From positions 107,820,001-107,884,000 of the forward strand of contig NC_045697.1 in the NCBI RefSeq assembly GCF_009834535.1: a DNA stretch of 64,000 nt, written 5' to 3'. Each line of letters opens with the position of its first letter. Position 1 is the first letter of the stretch. Of the stretch, positions 25,200 to 38,528 are shown one piece after another. A model generated the notes under the pieces. The model did not search any database. It saw only the letters and a list, made by a program, of their open reading frames with translations, and was not told the origin of the DNA. The stretch is from Camelus ferus. Lineage: Eukaryota. Both the position numbers and the translations under genes were made by a program.

Positions 25200-26150
25200 T
25201 GTTTTCAACTTTTTATTATGAAAAAAGAGCAAAATTGAGAAAACTTGGAAGAATACCAAAATGAACACCATATACACACCACTTGCATTCAAAATTGTTG
25301 ATATGTTGTCGTGCTTTGGTATATTTCTCATCTATGCATTTTAATTTTTGCTGTGCCATTTGAAATTAAGTTATAGACATTTAAAGTTGTTACAGACATT
25401 AAATACTCTAGTATGTATCTCATGCAAATAAGGATATACACCTACATAATCACAATACCATTATTATTATACCTAAGAAAACTATATAATAATTTCATAA
25501 TATGATCGAATATCCAGTTTCCCAATTATGCCCAAAATGACTTTTACAGATTTTTTTTTCCAAAATGGAATTCAATACAAGATACATTTCTCTTTTTTTT
25601 AAATTTTTTAAAATTTTATTTTATGGAGGGGGAGGTAATTAACTTTATTTATTTATTTATTTAATGGAGATACTGAGGATTGAACCCAGGACCTTGTGCA
25701 TGCTAGGCATGCGCTCTACCACTGAGCTATACCCTCCCCCCACAAGATACATTTCTAACTGTCATGTCCCTTTAGTCTCTTAATCTGTAACAGCCTGCCA
25801 CTTTTTTCCCTCATGACAGTGACTTTTTAAGAGATGGGCCATTGTCTGTAGAATGTTCCACGTTCTGGCTTTGTCTCTTGTGTAGCTTGACTTGTTCCAT
25901 CACTCATATTTCCTGCAGATTGGAAGTTAGGTCTAAGTGCTTCATTAAATTCAGATTGGATACTTTTGGCACGAGTGGTTTACAGTTGATGCTGTAGGCT
26001 TCTTAATGCTTTGCATCAAGCAGCACGTGTTAGGTCGTCCCACTATTGGTCATGCTTTGCTTGATCCCTTGGTTGGTTAAGGTGGTGACCCCTAGATACC
26101 TCCATTGTAGAGGTAAAATTTCCCCCTTGTTAATTCTAATATTTAATTTG
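25200..26150 (-). mobile_element. L1MC/MB-type 3' end nested in the older L1
   Basis: ttcaactttttattatgaaaa...aataaggatatacacctacataatcacaatacc...tgtagaatgttccac. Confidence 0.65.
25592..25741 (-). mobile_element. tRNA-derived SINE (vic-1-like), young copy
   Basis: Minus strand gggagggtaTAGCTCAGTGGtagagcgcatg...GGTTCAATCC; perfect 15-bp TSD acaagatacatttct at 25577-25591 and 25742-25756. Confidence 0.93.
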
Positions 26151-26259
26151 TGAGGTGTTAATGGGACTTAAAATCCCAATAGGGTTTTTCAAGGAATGTG
26201 ACAAATCGATGCTAAAAGTCATATAAAATAGCTGAGATGATTATGAGTAATGGTAACAA

Positions 26260-26490
26260 TAATGCATTTGTCAAGTGCTTACATTATGTCAGATACTGTT
26301 CTTATGTATTTATATATATTAATTCATCTACTCACAACCATAGATACAAGTGTTACTCCCTTTTTGTAGATGAAGAAATTCAGGCACAGAGACCTTAAGT
26401 AACATACAAGGCTACATGGCTAGTAAGAGAGTCAGGATTTAAACTTGGGCAGTCTGACTCAAGCACCCATGTGCTTAGCCACTGCCTTAT
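26260..26490 (-). mobile_element. MIR
   Basis: tttttgtagatgaagaaattcaggcacagaga...ggatttaaacttgggcagtctgactc. Confidence 0.8.
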
Positions 26491-27151
26491 ACATATGTAA
26501 TGAAATATAAAATATCAAGACTTCCTATAAAGCACGAATCATAATGAAAAGATTGGAGTTAAGAACAAAAACACAGATTAGGGGAAGATATTTGCAAAAC
26601 ATTTAACAAGTACTCAAAATAGACAAAAATATTTGTTATACTATACATTAATAAGAAAATGATGAAACCGTCTATTAGATAAATGGGCAAAGGGTATGAA
26701 TGGACAATTCACAGAAGACACCCAAAGCTGATAATTGTGTGAAAATATGCTTATCTTCCTTACTATCAGGAAATACAAATTGAATCCACAGTGAGACACC
26801 AGATAATGCTCCTCAGAGTGGCTAACCCTTAGACGTCTAATAAAACAAAGTGCTGTCAAAGGAGTGGAGAAACAGGTACTCTTGAGAATATAAACGGTAC
26901 AATAACTCAGGAAAGCAGTATGGCAATATTTAATAAAATTGGATATTTGCATCCCATGTGATCCTGCACCTTCACTGCTAGGTACCTGCACTTGGGAAAT
27001 CCGGCACATGTTTACAAGGATACAGTGCACAAAGGTATTCACTAGTGATCTGAGGAAGAGAAAGAAATATATTAAGGGAAAGATAAATAAACTGGTTTAT
27101 TCTGTGTCAATGGAGTATTACTCAGCATTCAAAATGAGTGAATCATGGAGC

Positions 27152-27770
27152 AACATTCCGCTGTATGTATGTACATATATGTATACCACATCTTCTTTAT
27201 CCATTCATCTGTTGATAGACACTTGGGTTATTTCCGTATCTTGGCTGTTAGAAATAATGCTGCTGTGAACATTGGGGTGCATGTATCTTTTTAAATGAGT
27301 GTTTTTGTTTTCTTTGGATAAAAATGGAATGTTACTCAGCCATAAAAAAGAATGAAATTTTGCCGTTTGGGACAGCATTGAATGGACCTGGAGGCTATTA
27401 TGCTTAGTGAAATAAGTCAGATAGAAAAAGACAAGCACTGCATGTTTTCACTTATATGTAGAATCAAAAAGATAAAACCAGTGAACAAATATGACAAAAC
27501 AGAAATAGAGTCACAGATACAGAGCAGAAACTAGTGGTTGTCAGAGGGAATAAGAGTGGAGGGAGGGGCAATATAGGTGAAGGGGATTAAGAGGTGCAGA
27601 CTATCAGGTATAAAACACCTAAGTCACAAGGCTCTAATGTGCAGCACAGGGAACAGAGTCAGTATTTTATAATGACTTTGAATGGAGTGTAGTCTATACA
27701 AAAATCTATGTTGAGTTATGTGGAAACTAAGATAATATTGTAAGTCATCTATACTTCAATAAAAAATAAA
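27152..27770 (+). mobile_element. 5'-inverted L1 3' end (inverted part 27152-27322, sense part 27323-27770)
   Basis: An antisense L1 segment abuts sense aatggaatgttactcagccataaaaaagaatgaa...cttcaataaaaaa. Confidence 0.85.
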
Positions 27771-29411
27771 TCCATTACACTTATTAGCACAAAACTGCAT
27801 CTACAGGTGTGAACACCAATAAATATAAAAATAAGTTGAGTTAAAAAAAGTAAGTTGCAAAAGATTATATGTGTTAGTTCACCACTGTGGCTACTTTTGG
27901 GGGCAAATGAAGGAGAAGGGGCTGTCTTGGGATTGGAGTAGGGTTTAGCTCTGTTTGTAATGTTTTGTTTTGTTTTTTTTTTAAATAAAGAGCACTCTGG
28001 AGAAATTATGCCCAAATATTAAAAATCTGTTAAATCTTGGTGATGGTTTTCTATTCTATTATGTTTTATATGTTTGTAGTACTTCATACTTTTAAAACTT
28101 AAATGTATTAGGACTAGAAGGGAACATGTTTTTAATGTTTAGATTTCCACTTATTATGTTTTAAGCAGGTTTCACAGAGTAATTGTTGCTTTTATAAAGA
28201 CGCATTTTAAAACACTTATAGTTCCTTAAAATTGGAGGAAAAACATCTCCAGCTGACCTTATTTGCTAGAATGGAACACAGAGCTTCATTGTGTTAAGTT
28301 GCCCCTCAGGATAGATCCCATAATCTCATTTGTACCCAGTTTTCTATAATTACATCTGACAACATAATTAAAAAAAAAGAGTCCTCTTTATGTTGAAGAT
28401 AAAAGCATACTCTATTAACCATCCAGCTAAGGACCACAATTGACAAAAAGCTTTCCCTAATTAGTATGATTGTCAAAGTGTGTTAGCATCAGGCTTTGGG
28501 AAGACTAATAACTCCTTCAGGAAACTGGACCACTTTTGCAAACTTCTGTTCTTGTGGCTGATAGGAGGAGCTTGCTGGTTCTGCTGCCTCCTGTCTCAAG
28601 ATGGGCTTTCCCAAGAAAAGGAGGAGCATGAAGATACCCTAGGGAACAATTTAGTGCCAGCAAATGGTTGGGGACTATATGACCCTATCTTCTTTTGATT
28701 TTTTTTTTAACCCAGTATTGATGATTAAGCCCTTGTCACTTGTTACACATGAGCAAGAGTAGAAAACAGCCTATATATACATTAGGAAATGCAAATTGAA
28801 ATGAGCAACCTTTAGGTATACAGCTGCAGGTAGAACATTATTTATCCCATATCTAAAATTTATGAGGCTTTTTATTTTGGCAAGGTGTCACAAATGCTCT
28901 CCACCAGGTGTTTTGCTGCTAGCTTCAGACTAAAGCCATCTGTTCAAAATCTTTTTGTTTTTGCTGAAATTAACTGGGTACTATTAGATGTTTAAAGTTA
29001 AAGATGGACCTTTCCTGACTTGCTCACTGCTCTGTGCATGTTGCCTTTCTTCCGTCCACTGGTTACATTGCCGTGTGTAAACCATGATGCTCCGCTCTTC
29101 ACACACAGTGTTTCCTTTAATCCTTGCAACAGCGCAGAAAAGAAACTGAACTTTAGAGGACTTAAGTAACTGCCTGTAAATGGCAGGGTCAGGTTCAAAA
29201 CCACGTTAGTCTGATACTGAAATCCATGGTCTTGATAGCTACCATGCTAAACTGCTGTCAGGGAAGTGGTTTGCTTTTTGAATTGTCTGTTATCCTTATG
29301 GGTTTATATGGTGATTAGTTTTTTAAGACTCTTAAAAAAAGATACATTAAAAATATTGGGTTAATACTTAATGTGTTGGGAATAAATATAATGTTTTACA
29401 ATTAGTTTTTT

Positions 29412-29661
29412 TTTCCATTTTTAAAATTGAAGTATAGTTAGTTTACAATGTTGTGTCAATGTCTGGTATACAGCACAATACTTCAATCACATAGGAACAT
29501 ACATATATTCATTTTCATATTCTTTTTCACCATATGTTACTACAAGGTATTGAATATAGTTCCCTGTGCTATACAGTATAAACTTGTTGTTTATCTATTT
29601 TATGTATATTAGTATCTGCAAATCTAGAACTCCCAGTTTATCCCTTCTCCCACCCTTCCCA
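29412..29661 (-). mobile_element. Young L1 3' end, 5'-truncated
   Basis: ttgaagtatagttagtttacaatg...ccctgtgctatacagta...tcccttctcccaccc; degenerate TSD acaat(t/c)a(g/c)ttttt. Confidence 0.88.
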
Positions 29662-32600
29662 ACAATCACTTTTTCGTGGTCAGGATCAATAAAAGGCTAA
29701 AATAGTAGATGAGCATTTTTTTAAAATCAGCTGTTGAATGTCTATGTATTTTTTTTAAAATTTCAAGTTAAAAATGAAGCTTAAGAATCAATAGATGGTG
29801 CCATTAAACTCTTGGAAAAATTATTGACAGAGCTGTTGTTGCCCCTCCTTTTCCCTCATCCTGTTGCCACAGCAACCTGGGCATCTCTTTGTGTAGTAAT
29901 CATCTTTCTTGTGTTTATTAGTTTACCAGCTGTCTTCCCCATCTCACCTGTCTGACTTGTTCAGTGCTCTTTCCGCAGCACCGGCTGGCTGTAGAGTGCC
30001 TGGCCTGTAGTTAGTGTTCTAGAAGTATATATGGAAGAAATCTGACTCTGAGCAAGGTCTTGGAAAGGATGATGTAAATATTTAGCAGGAAAGATTTGGA
30101 ATCTTGCTCTTAAGACCACGTAGTACTCTTCATCCTGCGGGATACCTTCTCCTGTGTTCCTTTGCTGCTCTGAAGGCTATGGCGGAGACGTTCTCTGGCT
30201 CCACTTCTGGTAGCGAGAACATGGCAGGGCTCCATGTCCAGCTGGACCATCCCTCTGTCCAGGCAGGCTTCTGTTCGCCTCTCAGCCATGCCTTCTTTTT
30301 AAAAAGTGACTATTAGGTATGTGCTGTTTTTAATTACTGTCACTGATGTATGTAATTTGAAAATTAATGTTGCTGTAATTATATTGATATACTGAATAGT
30401 TATTCCCAGCTTTTTAGTCAGACAAATTAAGCCTGTCTTTATGAATTCATCTTCAAAGCCTCAGAGTGGTTAAGGAATCAGGAGTATGCAGACTTAAAGC
30501 CTTTGTTCTGTGGGTAATTTAGCATGAGTTAGCAAACATAATTGATTTTCAAAATGTGGCATCAAGATTAGATTTCCCTTCAAGGAGAACTTTTGGTCTC
30601 AGTTCTCTCTTGCCAGAGGTTTCTAATTTATAACAGGCAACTCACCGGGGTCACAGTCAGAAAACTGTAATGAAAGTGATTTGTTTGGGTATGTTGAAGT
30701 TAAAGGAGTTAAATACTTTAAATAGGAGACATTCTCCTTTGGGACAACAGATGCCCTGACTTTGTAAAAGAAATAAGTGCACTATCTGGTTTACTGTTGT
30801 ACATCCTGTACTTAACATAGTTCCGGGCCTGAAGGTGCTCAGTGATTTTTTTTTTAATGTAAGTGAATAAATGAGTGAATAAAGGTCCCTAGGAAACAGA
30901 ACAGAGAAATGTATATAATCTTTTGATTTCTCCAATATTGTTCATCTCTTTTTCTTACTGCCTCATACTTCACTGTGGGCTCTGATTCCATATCCCTGCC
31001 CAGACTCCCTCCCAGGGTGTCACTTGGTTTCCCTGCACTAGGACCTCCAGGTGCTCAGTCCCTGGGCCTGTCCTCTGTGGTTGAGCTGGGCGTCTTACTC
31101 ATGGGAAGCACCACCAGCCTCTGATATTCGACATACCTGCCTGTGCTGGACAAGTCATCCGCACCTCCAGTGTGGACTGGAGTGAATGAGTCAAGCCATG
31201 CAAGATGGAGAAGACGGCTGAGAAACTAATAAATGCAGGGAAGAGAGTCACTCCACAGGGGACACAGAGGACGCTGGGGGAAGAAGACAGGGGAAAAGGA
31301 GAGACAGCCATTTGTAGATAATTTTTCCAAGTTCAGCATACCTTCTGACTTTCTTTCTTTGATGCCAAGCAGTACGGATTATTTTGTTATCTCATATGTC
31401 TCAACCTCCCTTCCCTTCTCTCTCTGGTCTGCACAGCTTGAGGTACCATCTACACGGCACCTCCTGATCACCATCTCCAGGCTGGTCCCTCTCCTGAGCG
31501 TTAGCCCCACATGCTGTCTGCTGGGCTGTCCACTGGGTCCCCGAGCTCTTTATTCTGTGCTCCAAGACCCTGCAGGATCTGCCTCCTGCTTACCTTGCCA
31601 GGCTCCTTCCACCTCTAGTTCTCCACCCCCATAGTACTGCCTTCTCTTATTCCTGGAAGATGCCATCTTCTCTGTCTCCTTTGAGCTTTAGTACATCTGC
31701 TGCAAGGAGTGGTTTTCCCTCCAGCACTCTTTTTCTGGCTAACTCCTATTTATTCTTCAGCAGCTTGGATATCACTTCTGAGAACATTTCCTGCTCCGAA
31801 CACTCCAAGTCTGGTGTAAGGGCTTTTTGTAACATCCACAGAGACATATATTTTCTGTCATGTAGTCTGAGCATTTTTCCACTCTTATAATTGCTTGTTG
31901 ATCTCTTATTAGACACTGAGATCAGTGAACACTTTGCTGTTTGTTTTCTGGGCCTAACTCAGGAGTGAATGTTTTCTTGAATATTTCTATCCCATTGAGT
32001 CCCTCATCACCTCAGGGCTTACCCTTGAGCAACACCTTCTCTCGATCACTTCCTGGCTTCTGTTCTGGGCCATTTCTGTCCATCCTTTGCACATCTGCCA
32101 GGTCAGGATCCCTAAGGTGCTGTTTGGCTAGCATCACTTCCCAGCACTGCGAAGTTAATTGTTTTCCTTGGTCCTATTCTGCACAAGTGCCTAAAACCAA
32201 CAGATGCTCAACGTGGTGTTCCTTTTCTCCATTTCTATCTCTTTAAGGCATCACTATTTTCTTAATCTTGATGAATCTTAATCCTGGTGAAGCTGAGTAA
32301 TGGGACAATTTGGAGTTCTCACTCATCCTCCCTTCCTGAGCACAAACGCTGGCAGTGTCGTTTGGGAACAGAACACTGAGGGAGGAGGAAAACCTCATGA
32401 GCTTTGGGTTAATACTGGATAGATAGATATTGCAGTTACATCACCCTGGCTTCCACTTTACAGGTGACACTCAGCTCTTTGCCCCTCTTTCTCCTGCTGC
32501 TGCTGCTTCAGTTTTGACCCCCTTTTGCTCTGTTTGAACTACTGACATCACATCTAACTGACCCTCAGTTCTTTTTTCTTGCTATAATTTGTGGAGATGA

Positions 32601-33177
32601 GATTAAAGTGCTTTCTAAACTGTACCCATGCAACGTGTCCATCATGACTTTAACATGTCAGCAGGAATCTTTGTCCTGAAGCTACTTGTGGTTCTCCTGT
32701 GAGATCTTCTGTACGGGGCCGCCTCAGTCCAGGGCATCCTCCCGTGGGCAGGAGTGTGGGCCATCCCTGCATTTGCACTCAGCGTGTTGTAATATAACGT
32801 GTTCTTTATGGGTTTGCCCCTCTCTTCAACACCTTGGGGGCTGGAATCATGTTTTCTTCCTCTTGCACATGTGTCTCTCACTCCCCCCGACCCCAACCCA
32901 GCATACGCCTGGCGCGGAAGAGATCAGCAACGCACAGCATCTGCATGTGGATTAGCGGAAGACCTCTGGGGCTTCTGGTCCCCCTGCTGGAGTTGTCCTT
33001 CCCTCCTGCCTCCACCTGTTGAGTCCTCCCAGCCAGCTGCTGTCGCCGAATGCTTGACTACCTTGCTACCTAAAGGACAGTCTCTGGCCCAGCGGCAGTG
33101 GAATCACCTGGAAGCTGTTAGTTGCAGGTTAAGAACTTGGGGAAAGAGCTTATTAACATTTTTATTTCCGAACACAG

Positions 33178-33336
33178 GTGCTTGCAACTGGGCTCAGTGG
33201 TCTCTACTCTTCCCTGCCTACGAAGCTAGAAGAGAAAGGCGAGGAATGGCACTGCCTCCTGAAAGACGACTGGCTCCTGCTGCCTCCCCTCGTCCAGTTC
33301 ATGAACTCCCTCGAGTTCTGCAATGCCGTCATTCAG
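33178..33336 (+). CDS. FHIP1A: FHIP1A coding exon 3 (VLATGLSGLYSSLP...FCNAVIQ, 53 aa)
   Basis: acacAG acceptor at 33176-33177, CAG|GTACCG donor, 159 nt. Conserved FHIP1 motifs VLATGLSGLYSSLP and FMNSLEFCNAVIQ. Confidence 0.96.
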
Positions 33337-34505
33337 GTACCGGGCAGTGAGGGGACCCCGTGTCGTGGTCCATCCAGAATGCAAGCAACCTGAAGGATCC
33401 ACTTATAAGCATCCCTTTTCTTACCTGAATAAATGTTTATGGAATACTGATGCTTTGCTTTAAGCACACTGAATGTCCTTGAATGAGGGAAAATGTTGTT
33501 AGTTGATAGGTTTCCGAGAAGTTTTAATTGAGAAAAAAAATGAGTAGATTTTCTTTATCTTCCTTATAAAAAGTGTTAATTCTGTTTTGATTATCCACTT
33601 AACCATCAAAAAGAAGTCCAATGCCTGACTCATTAAATAGGTATTTTTAGGCTTGTGTGTACTTCAGATTATACCACTTTTACTTCAAGGTCTTCTTGGG
33701 AGTCTACAAAGGAAAACACTTTATTTTGCTTAATGGTGCATACTACATAAAGAATATTGTTATCCCAATTGAATTTAGAAGAAGTTAAGCATCATCTTAG
33801 CAACACAAATTAAATTTGCTTTGAAATTGGCCCGCTTCGGGGAAAAAAGAACCACTGAACTCTAGTATATTTGGCTTCTTGATTAGATTTTTACCTTCAG
33901 ATTTCTTGTTACTGTTTTCAATAAAAACCAAATTTTATATATATTTAAGGGCATAGTAGGTTTTCATCAAAAATGTTTTATTTCTATATAGCACAAATAT
34001 TTCCTTAATATTGGATTTATTAAGAAATTGAATTTTCTTTATGGTGATTGTAAGATGAAAAATGTTAGTTATAATCTGTTTATCTACCAAATAAAGAAAT
34101 AGCTTCTGGAAGAAAATGCAAGTAAATTACTTTAGTTCCCATCTCATTTTTATTGCTAAGTCAAAGGAAATTTTATTTATGTATAAGATAAATGGATTAT
34201 GTCTTGTTATTTTTTTTCCTTTAGTATTGCATCCTATCAACGTTTTCTTGCAGAAGTGTGTGGAAATAAAAAAGATGGAACTATTAGTTTCTCCCCAAAT
34301 GTACACACAAAGAGAGATTATCAGTAATTTAAAGATCTAGCCTCTCTTCTCTAGAAATTGCTTTTTACTTTATTGTTTGCCTTTATAATTTTTTTTTTTT
34401 AAGAAAGAGAAGTAAAGCTAACAGGCATGGACAGAGAAATGACACATTTCATAACACATTTTGAGATGGAGGCCAGTGTGTTTGGGGGAACTAGTGAAAA
34501 GATTA

Positions 34506-34848
34506 CAGTTGGCCCCCTGTATTTGCAAGTGCTGTACCTGTCGGGTCAACCAACAGAGGATCTGAAAAAATTAAAAAAAAAAAAAAAAAAAGTTCCAAAA
34601 GGCAAACTTGAATTTGCTGTGCACCAGCAACAATTTACATAGCATTTACATTGTTTACAACTATTTACATTGTACTAAGTATTAGAAGTAATTTGGAGAT
34701 GATTGAAGGTATATGGGAAGATGTATGCAGATTGTATGCAAATACTATGCCATTTTATATAAGAGACTTAAGCATTTGCAGATTTTGGTATCCTGGTGGG
34801 GTGGGGGCATCCTTGCACTAGTTACCCACAGATACCCAAGGACGATTG
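34506..34848 (-). mobile_element. TcMar-Tigger MITE (MER2-like), inverted relative to the 13166 copy
   Basis: TA|cagttggccccctgtat ... gatacccaaggacgattg|TA; aligns by eye to the reverse complement of 13166-13474. Confidence 0.85.
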
Positions 34849-35465
34849 TACCTATAAAAGATATTAGTAAGGGTTATTCCGGGATAAATGTATTTTGAAA
34901 AATAAATATAGGAAGTATCATACCGCTGATGATGTGTTCTGCTTTTGAAAAGTATCTATCTTTTATGAAAAGTTTCTAAATGCCTTCCTCCCCAATATAA
35001 ACGATTATCAGGAAATGTATTTTAAAATAAGAATTTTTTTTCTGCTAGCAAATGAATGTATTTAAATGTCCATTTTGACAATTCTTTTGTTTGTTTGTTT
35101 TAATTAGTCACAAGTAGAGATAAGACAGAGATGAAGTTATGGAGCAAAAATTATACTTTCCAGTTTGCTGATTTTAATTTATGAGTCCATATGTATATCC
35201 GATCTATTTATTAGCTGTTTTTTCAAATAGAAACTTAAAATTACCAGGGTTTTAAAAATTTTCAAGTCCAAGCTGTTTATACTGGAATAAACCATCTGGA
35301 AAAATTATATGGCAGTTTGAAGTCTGATTTATTCTTTAACCATGAAATAAATGGCCAAAATTTGGCTTTCCTTTTTGAATTCAGGATATACACAGAAGTA
35401 TTTGTTTTTAATAAGACCTAAAAATTGAACTCTGTCTTTTTCATGACTACTTGTTTCTCCCTTAG

Positions 35466-35552
35466 GTGGCTCACCCCTTGATTCGTAATCAGCTTGTCAG
35501 TTACATTTACAATGGATTCTTGGTCCCAGTCTTGGCTCCTGCTCTCCATAAG
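35466..35552 (+). CDS. FHIP1A: FHIP1A coding exon 4 (VAHPLIRNQLVSYIYNGFLVPVLAPALHK, 29 aa); not in the ORF track
   Basis: Read manually: ttctccccttAG acceptor at 35464-35465, AAG|GTCAGT donor at 35553, 87 nt. Continues the frame of exon 3. Confidence 0.95.
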
Positions 35553-37406
35553 GTCAGTGATCGGCTGCTGTAATTTTTCCTCTGTTCGTAGTACAACCGA
35601 TGGAAGCCAAGGAAGGCGAACACAGTATAGTTGACTTGATGGTGACTTGAGCCTTATTTCCCTTCTCCTTCCATCCTTATTCCTTACCAATAGCAAACAC
35701 AGGTCCTCAAGATGTCGACAGCCTAAGTCTGATGGGATCCCTTGATGTCATAGACTAGGGCCTTGTCAATGTCAAGTTAAGGCAGTCTAAACAAGGACTG
35801 TCAACTAGACCGGCTCTTGTGTCTACTTGAGTTCATAGGTAGTGGCTACTTGGGGCTCTCTGTTGTGCCATCCCCTGAGCTTAACAAGTCTGTCAAAGTG
35901 AGCACATGGTTTGCTGAGGACATGGAGAGGGGCACTGGTAGCACCAGTGCTATGGAGTTGCCATCTGCTTAATAGAACATAATTTTTTATTACAACAGTT
36001 TTATGACAGCAAGAATTAAAGTGAAGCCAAGTTAGGGTCCCATCAAAGGCTGGCTGTCTCATTAGCATCACTCTGAGTTCCTCATGATACGCTCATTTTG
36101 TATAATAAATCAACTGATATCTTTTCTGTTGTGAGCTGTCAGGAGACATCCATGGACCTGGAATTCTAATTTTAAGGAGTTTTTTTCTTCACTAAGAAAA
36201 GAGACATATATAGTATTTAGTTCAGAGGATGTTTGTCCAGTTATTGGAGTTGCCAGCCCTGGTGGGGAGAGAAGCGAGGAGCAACATATCACATGCCTTT
36301 TGATGGAACGCCCACCTTTGTGTATCTGGAAGTTCCATTTCCATGGGCTCCCATCTTACAGAATCCAGGAGTATCTGATGGCGGCAGCTTTGAAGCCTGG
36401 CTGTACCTCTGATGGCAGTTCTGGTTCAGAGCAGCAGGTCTCGATGGAAGATGTCCACGTCTTACTATCCGTGCCTTTTGAGCAGAGTGGTGATAATTCC
36501 CAAAACAAACAGGGCACTTGGCCTGACTAGGAGTTTTGTGTTACTTCACGGTTCAGGAGGTAATCTTGGATGTGGTTTGAACATCCCAGAATATTGAGGG
36601 TTCCCACAGAAGGGCTATGTCTTTGAAAATAAATTTGTCTTAGAAAATATGGGACATATCTTTGGAAAAGACAAATCTTGTGTTTGTTTCCAGGTGGTCC
36701 TTCCGTTAGTACCTTGCTGTTCTGGAGGTGGGGTGGGCATCTCGTACTGAAGTTCCCTGCCTCTGGAGGGAGGAATTTTCCTAGCGCCCCGGAAACTCTT
36801 TGGGAGTAATTATCCATGTGCACTTTCGCATGTTTTGGCTTTTTTCCTCATTGATTCCCATCCTTTTTCCCACTGACCGGCTGATAGAAAATAATTCCCC
36901 AAGTTGTTATTATGATAGCAATAATGACGATTATTATTTGTTCGGGATATTTTATGTTATTGTAACTAGCATACTTTGATGTTACAGATACTAATGATGA
37001 TGCTTTATCCATAATCGAGGATGAGGTGCTCCTCGGAGAGCTGCTGTGAGGCTCTGACTGGTCACTGGGTACTTCTCCTTCCTAGCACTTACCACAAGTG
37101 AAAGTAAATCATGAAATGTGCAGTACCTTGTTCAGTGTCTCCACAAGGCTTTGCCTGCTTCTTGGGAGGGGAGAGTTCACACCTGTTTTATTCACTGGGG
37201 AATCTCCAGCGCCACACAAAGTACCTTAGACTTAGAGGGTTGAATAAGCAGCACACATATGGAATGAAGCTTGTTAAAGTGCCAGGCAGGGTGTTTGCAC
37301 TCAGTACAGTCCCAGCCAGTGGTGCATGGAGAAAAATAACAGCACTTTACGTATATTAACTAATATTGTTACTTAATTATGCCTATAATTAAAATAAGAG
37401 ATTTAA

Positions 37407-37540
37407 GGAGGGGAGGGTATTGCTCAGTGGTAGAGTGTATGCTTAGCATTCATGAGGTCCTGGGTTCAATCCCCAGTGCCTCCATCAAAAATAAATAAAC
37501 CTATTTATCACACCCCCAAAAAACCCCAAATAAAATAATC
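37407..37540 (+). mobile_element. tRNA-derived SINE (vic-1-like)
   Basis: ggggagggtattgctcagtggtagagtgtatgcttagc...ggttcaatccccagt plus A-rich tail. Confidence 0.9.
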
Positions 37541-38528
37541 CTATTTTAAAAAGTCATGAAGTTATTATAAATACATGGTTACTGTGGCAAAAAACAGTCA
37601 ATACTGAATATATAAAATGCAAAGTGAGCATTACTATATCAAATTTGAATTTCCACCCCCTAATTAAGATTCCTTAACTTTTATCCATTGCAGACCATTT
37701 CTCCCCAGGGCTATTTAGCAACTGAGGAGAATATTTCCTTCTTAATTTATTTTTCTCCCTGCTCTTCATCTTTTATTGTTTGTGTTTTTATCACTTTGAA
37801 TTAAAAGGTTTAGGAAGGCGCAGGGCAGCAGGGGAATGCGGACAGCTTCTCTGGCTCCTGGCTCCCTGAGTGGTCGATGAACAAATGAGCCTTTCATGAG
37901 TGGCAGGACAGGAGCTCAGAGGCAGAGGAGGGAAGAAGCCCAGACCCCGGTGTTTCTTGAGGAGTTCCCACTGGGAGCAGACACATCCTGTATCCTCGCC
38001 TCGGACATGGGAAGGGATGTCCGGAAGTCTCAGGTCTATCATAGGGGCTCCTGCCTGTATTTTTCACATTCTATGTCCCTTGCCTTGAGCCTCGTTTCAT
38101 ATCCTAAATAAGTTTCCTTTGTGTACTATCTCAGCCCCAATTTATGCCTAACATTTTAGTTACCTGCTGTCAGCGGAGGCCTTTTGCAGAGGTGAACTTA
38201 CTCTCTCTGCATCTCATAAATAATATAAAAAATTCAGACTTAAAATTTTTCCCACATCACAATCAGTACTCCTAGACAGTATTTCTCGGCATTTCTTAAC
38301 CAGAAATGAAGCCATTACTAAGGGTTGGGTAATAAATGGTGGGGAGTGGGCAGGTCCTGACAAGTGAAGACTGTCTCCACCTTTCTTCTCCCCACTCTGT
38401 GTTCTTTCTTTGCAAGTCATGTGCTGTCTTCATCCCACACCATGGGATGGCCGATCATTCCTCTGTGCTAGTACAAAGGAATAGTGGTGTTTTTAAAAGG
38501 GTTGCTTAGTTTTCTGTAGTGTGGCTAT

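Larger units (their letters stand above)
24990..28100 (+). mobile_element. Old L1M (ORF2 end/3'UTR) with nested insertions
   Basis: L1 ORF2-like text at 24990-25200, resuming at 26170 (aaatcccaatagggttttt) and 26520-27150 (ggggaagatatttgc, aaatgggcaaagg, atcccatgtgatcctgca). Confidence 0.75.

Noticed and set aside
32799..33350. 183-aa ORF overlapping exon 3
   Set aside because: Non-ATG start (GTG), in a different frame from the conserved exon, and no recognisable product.
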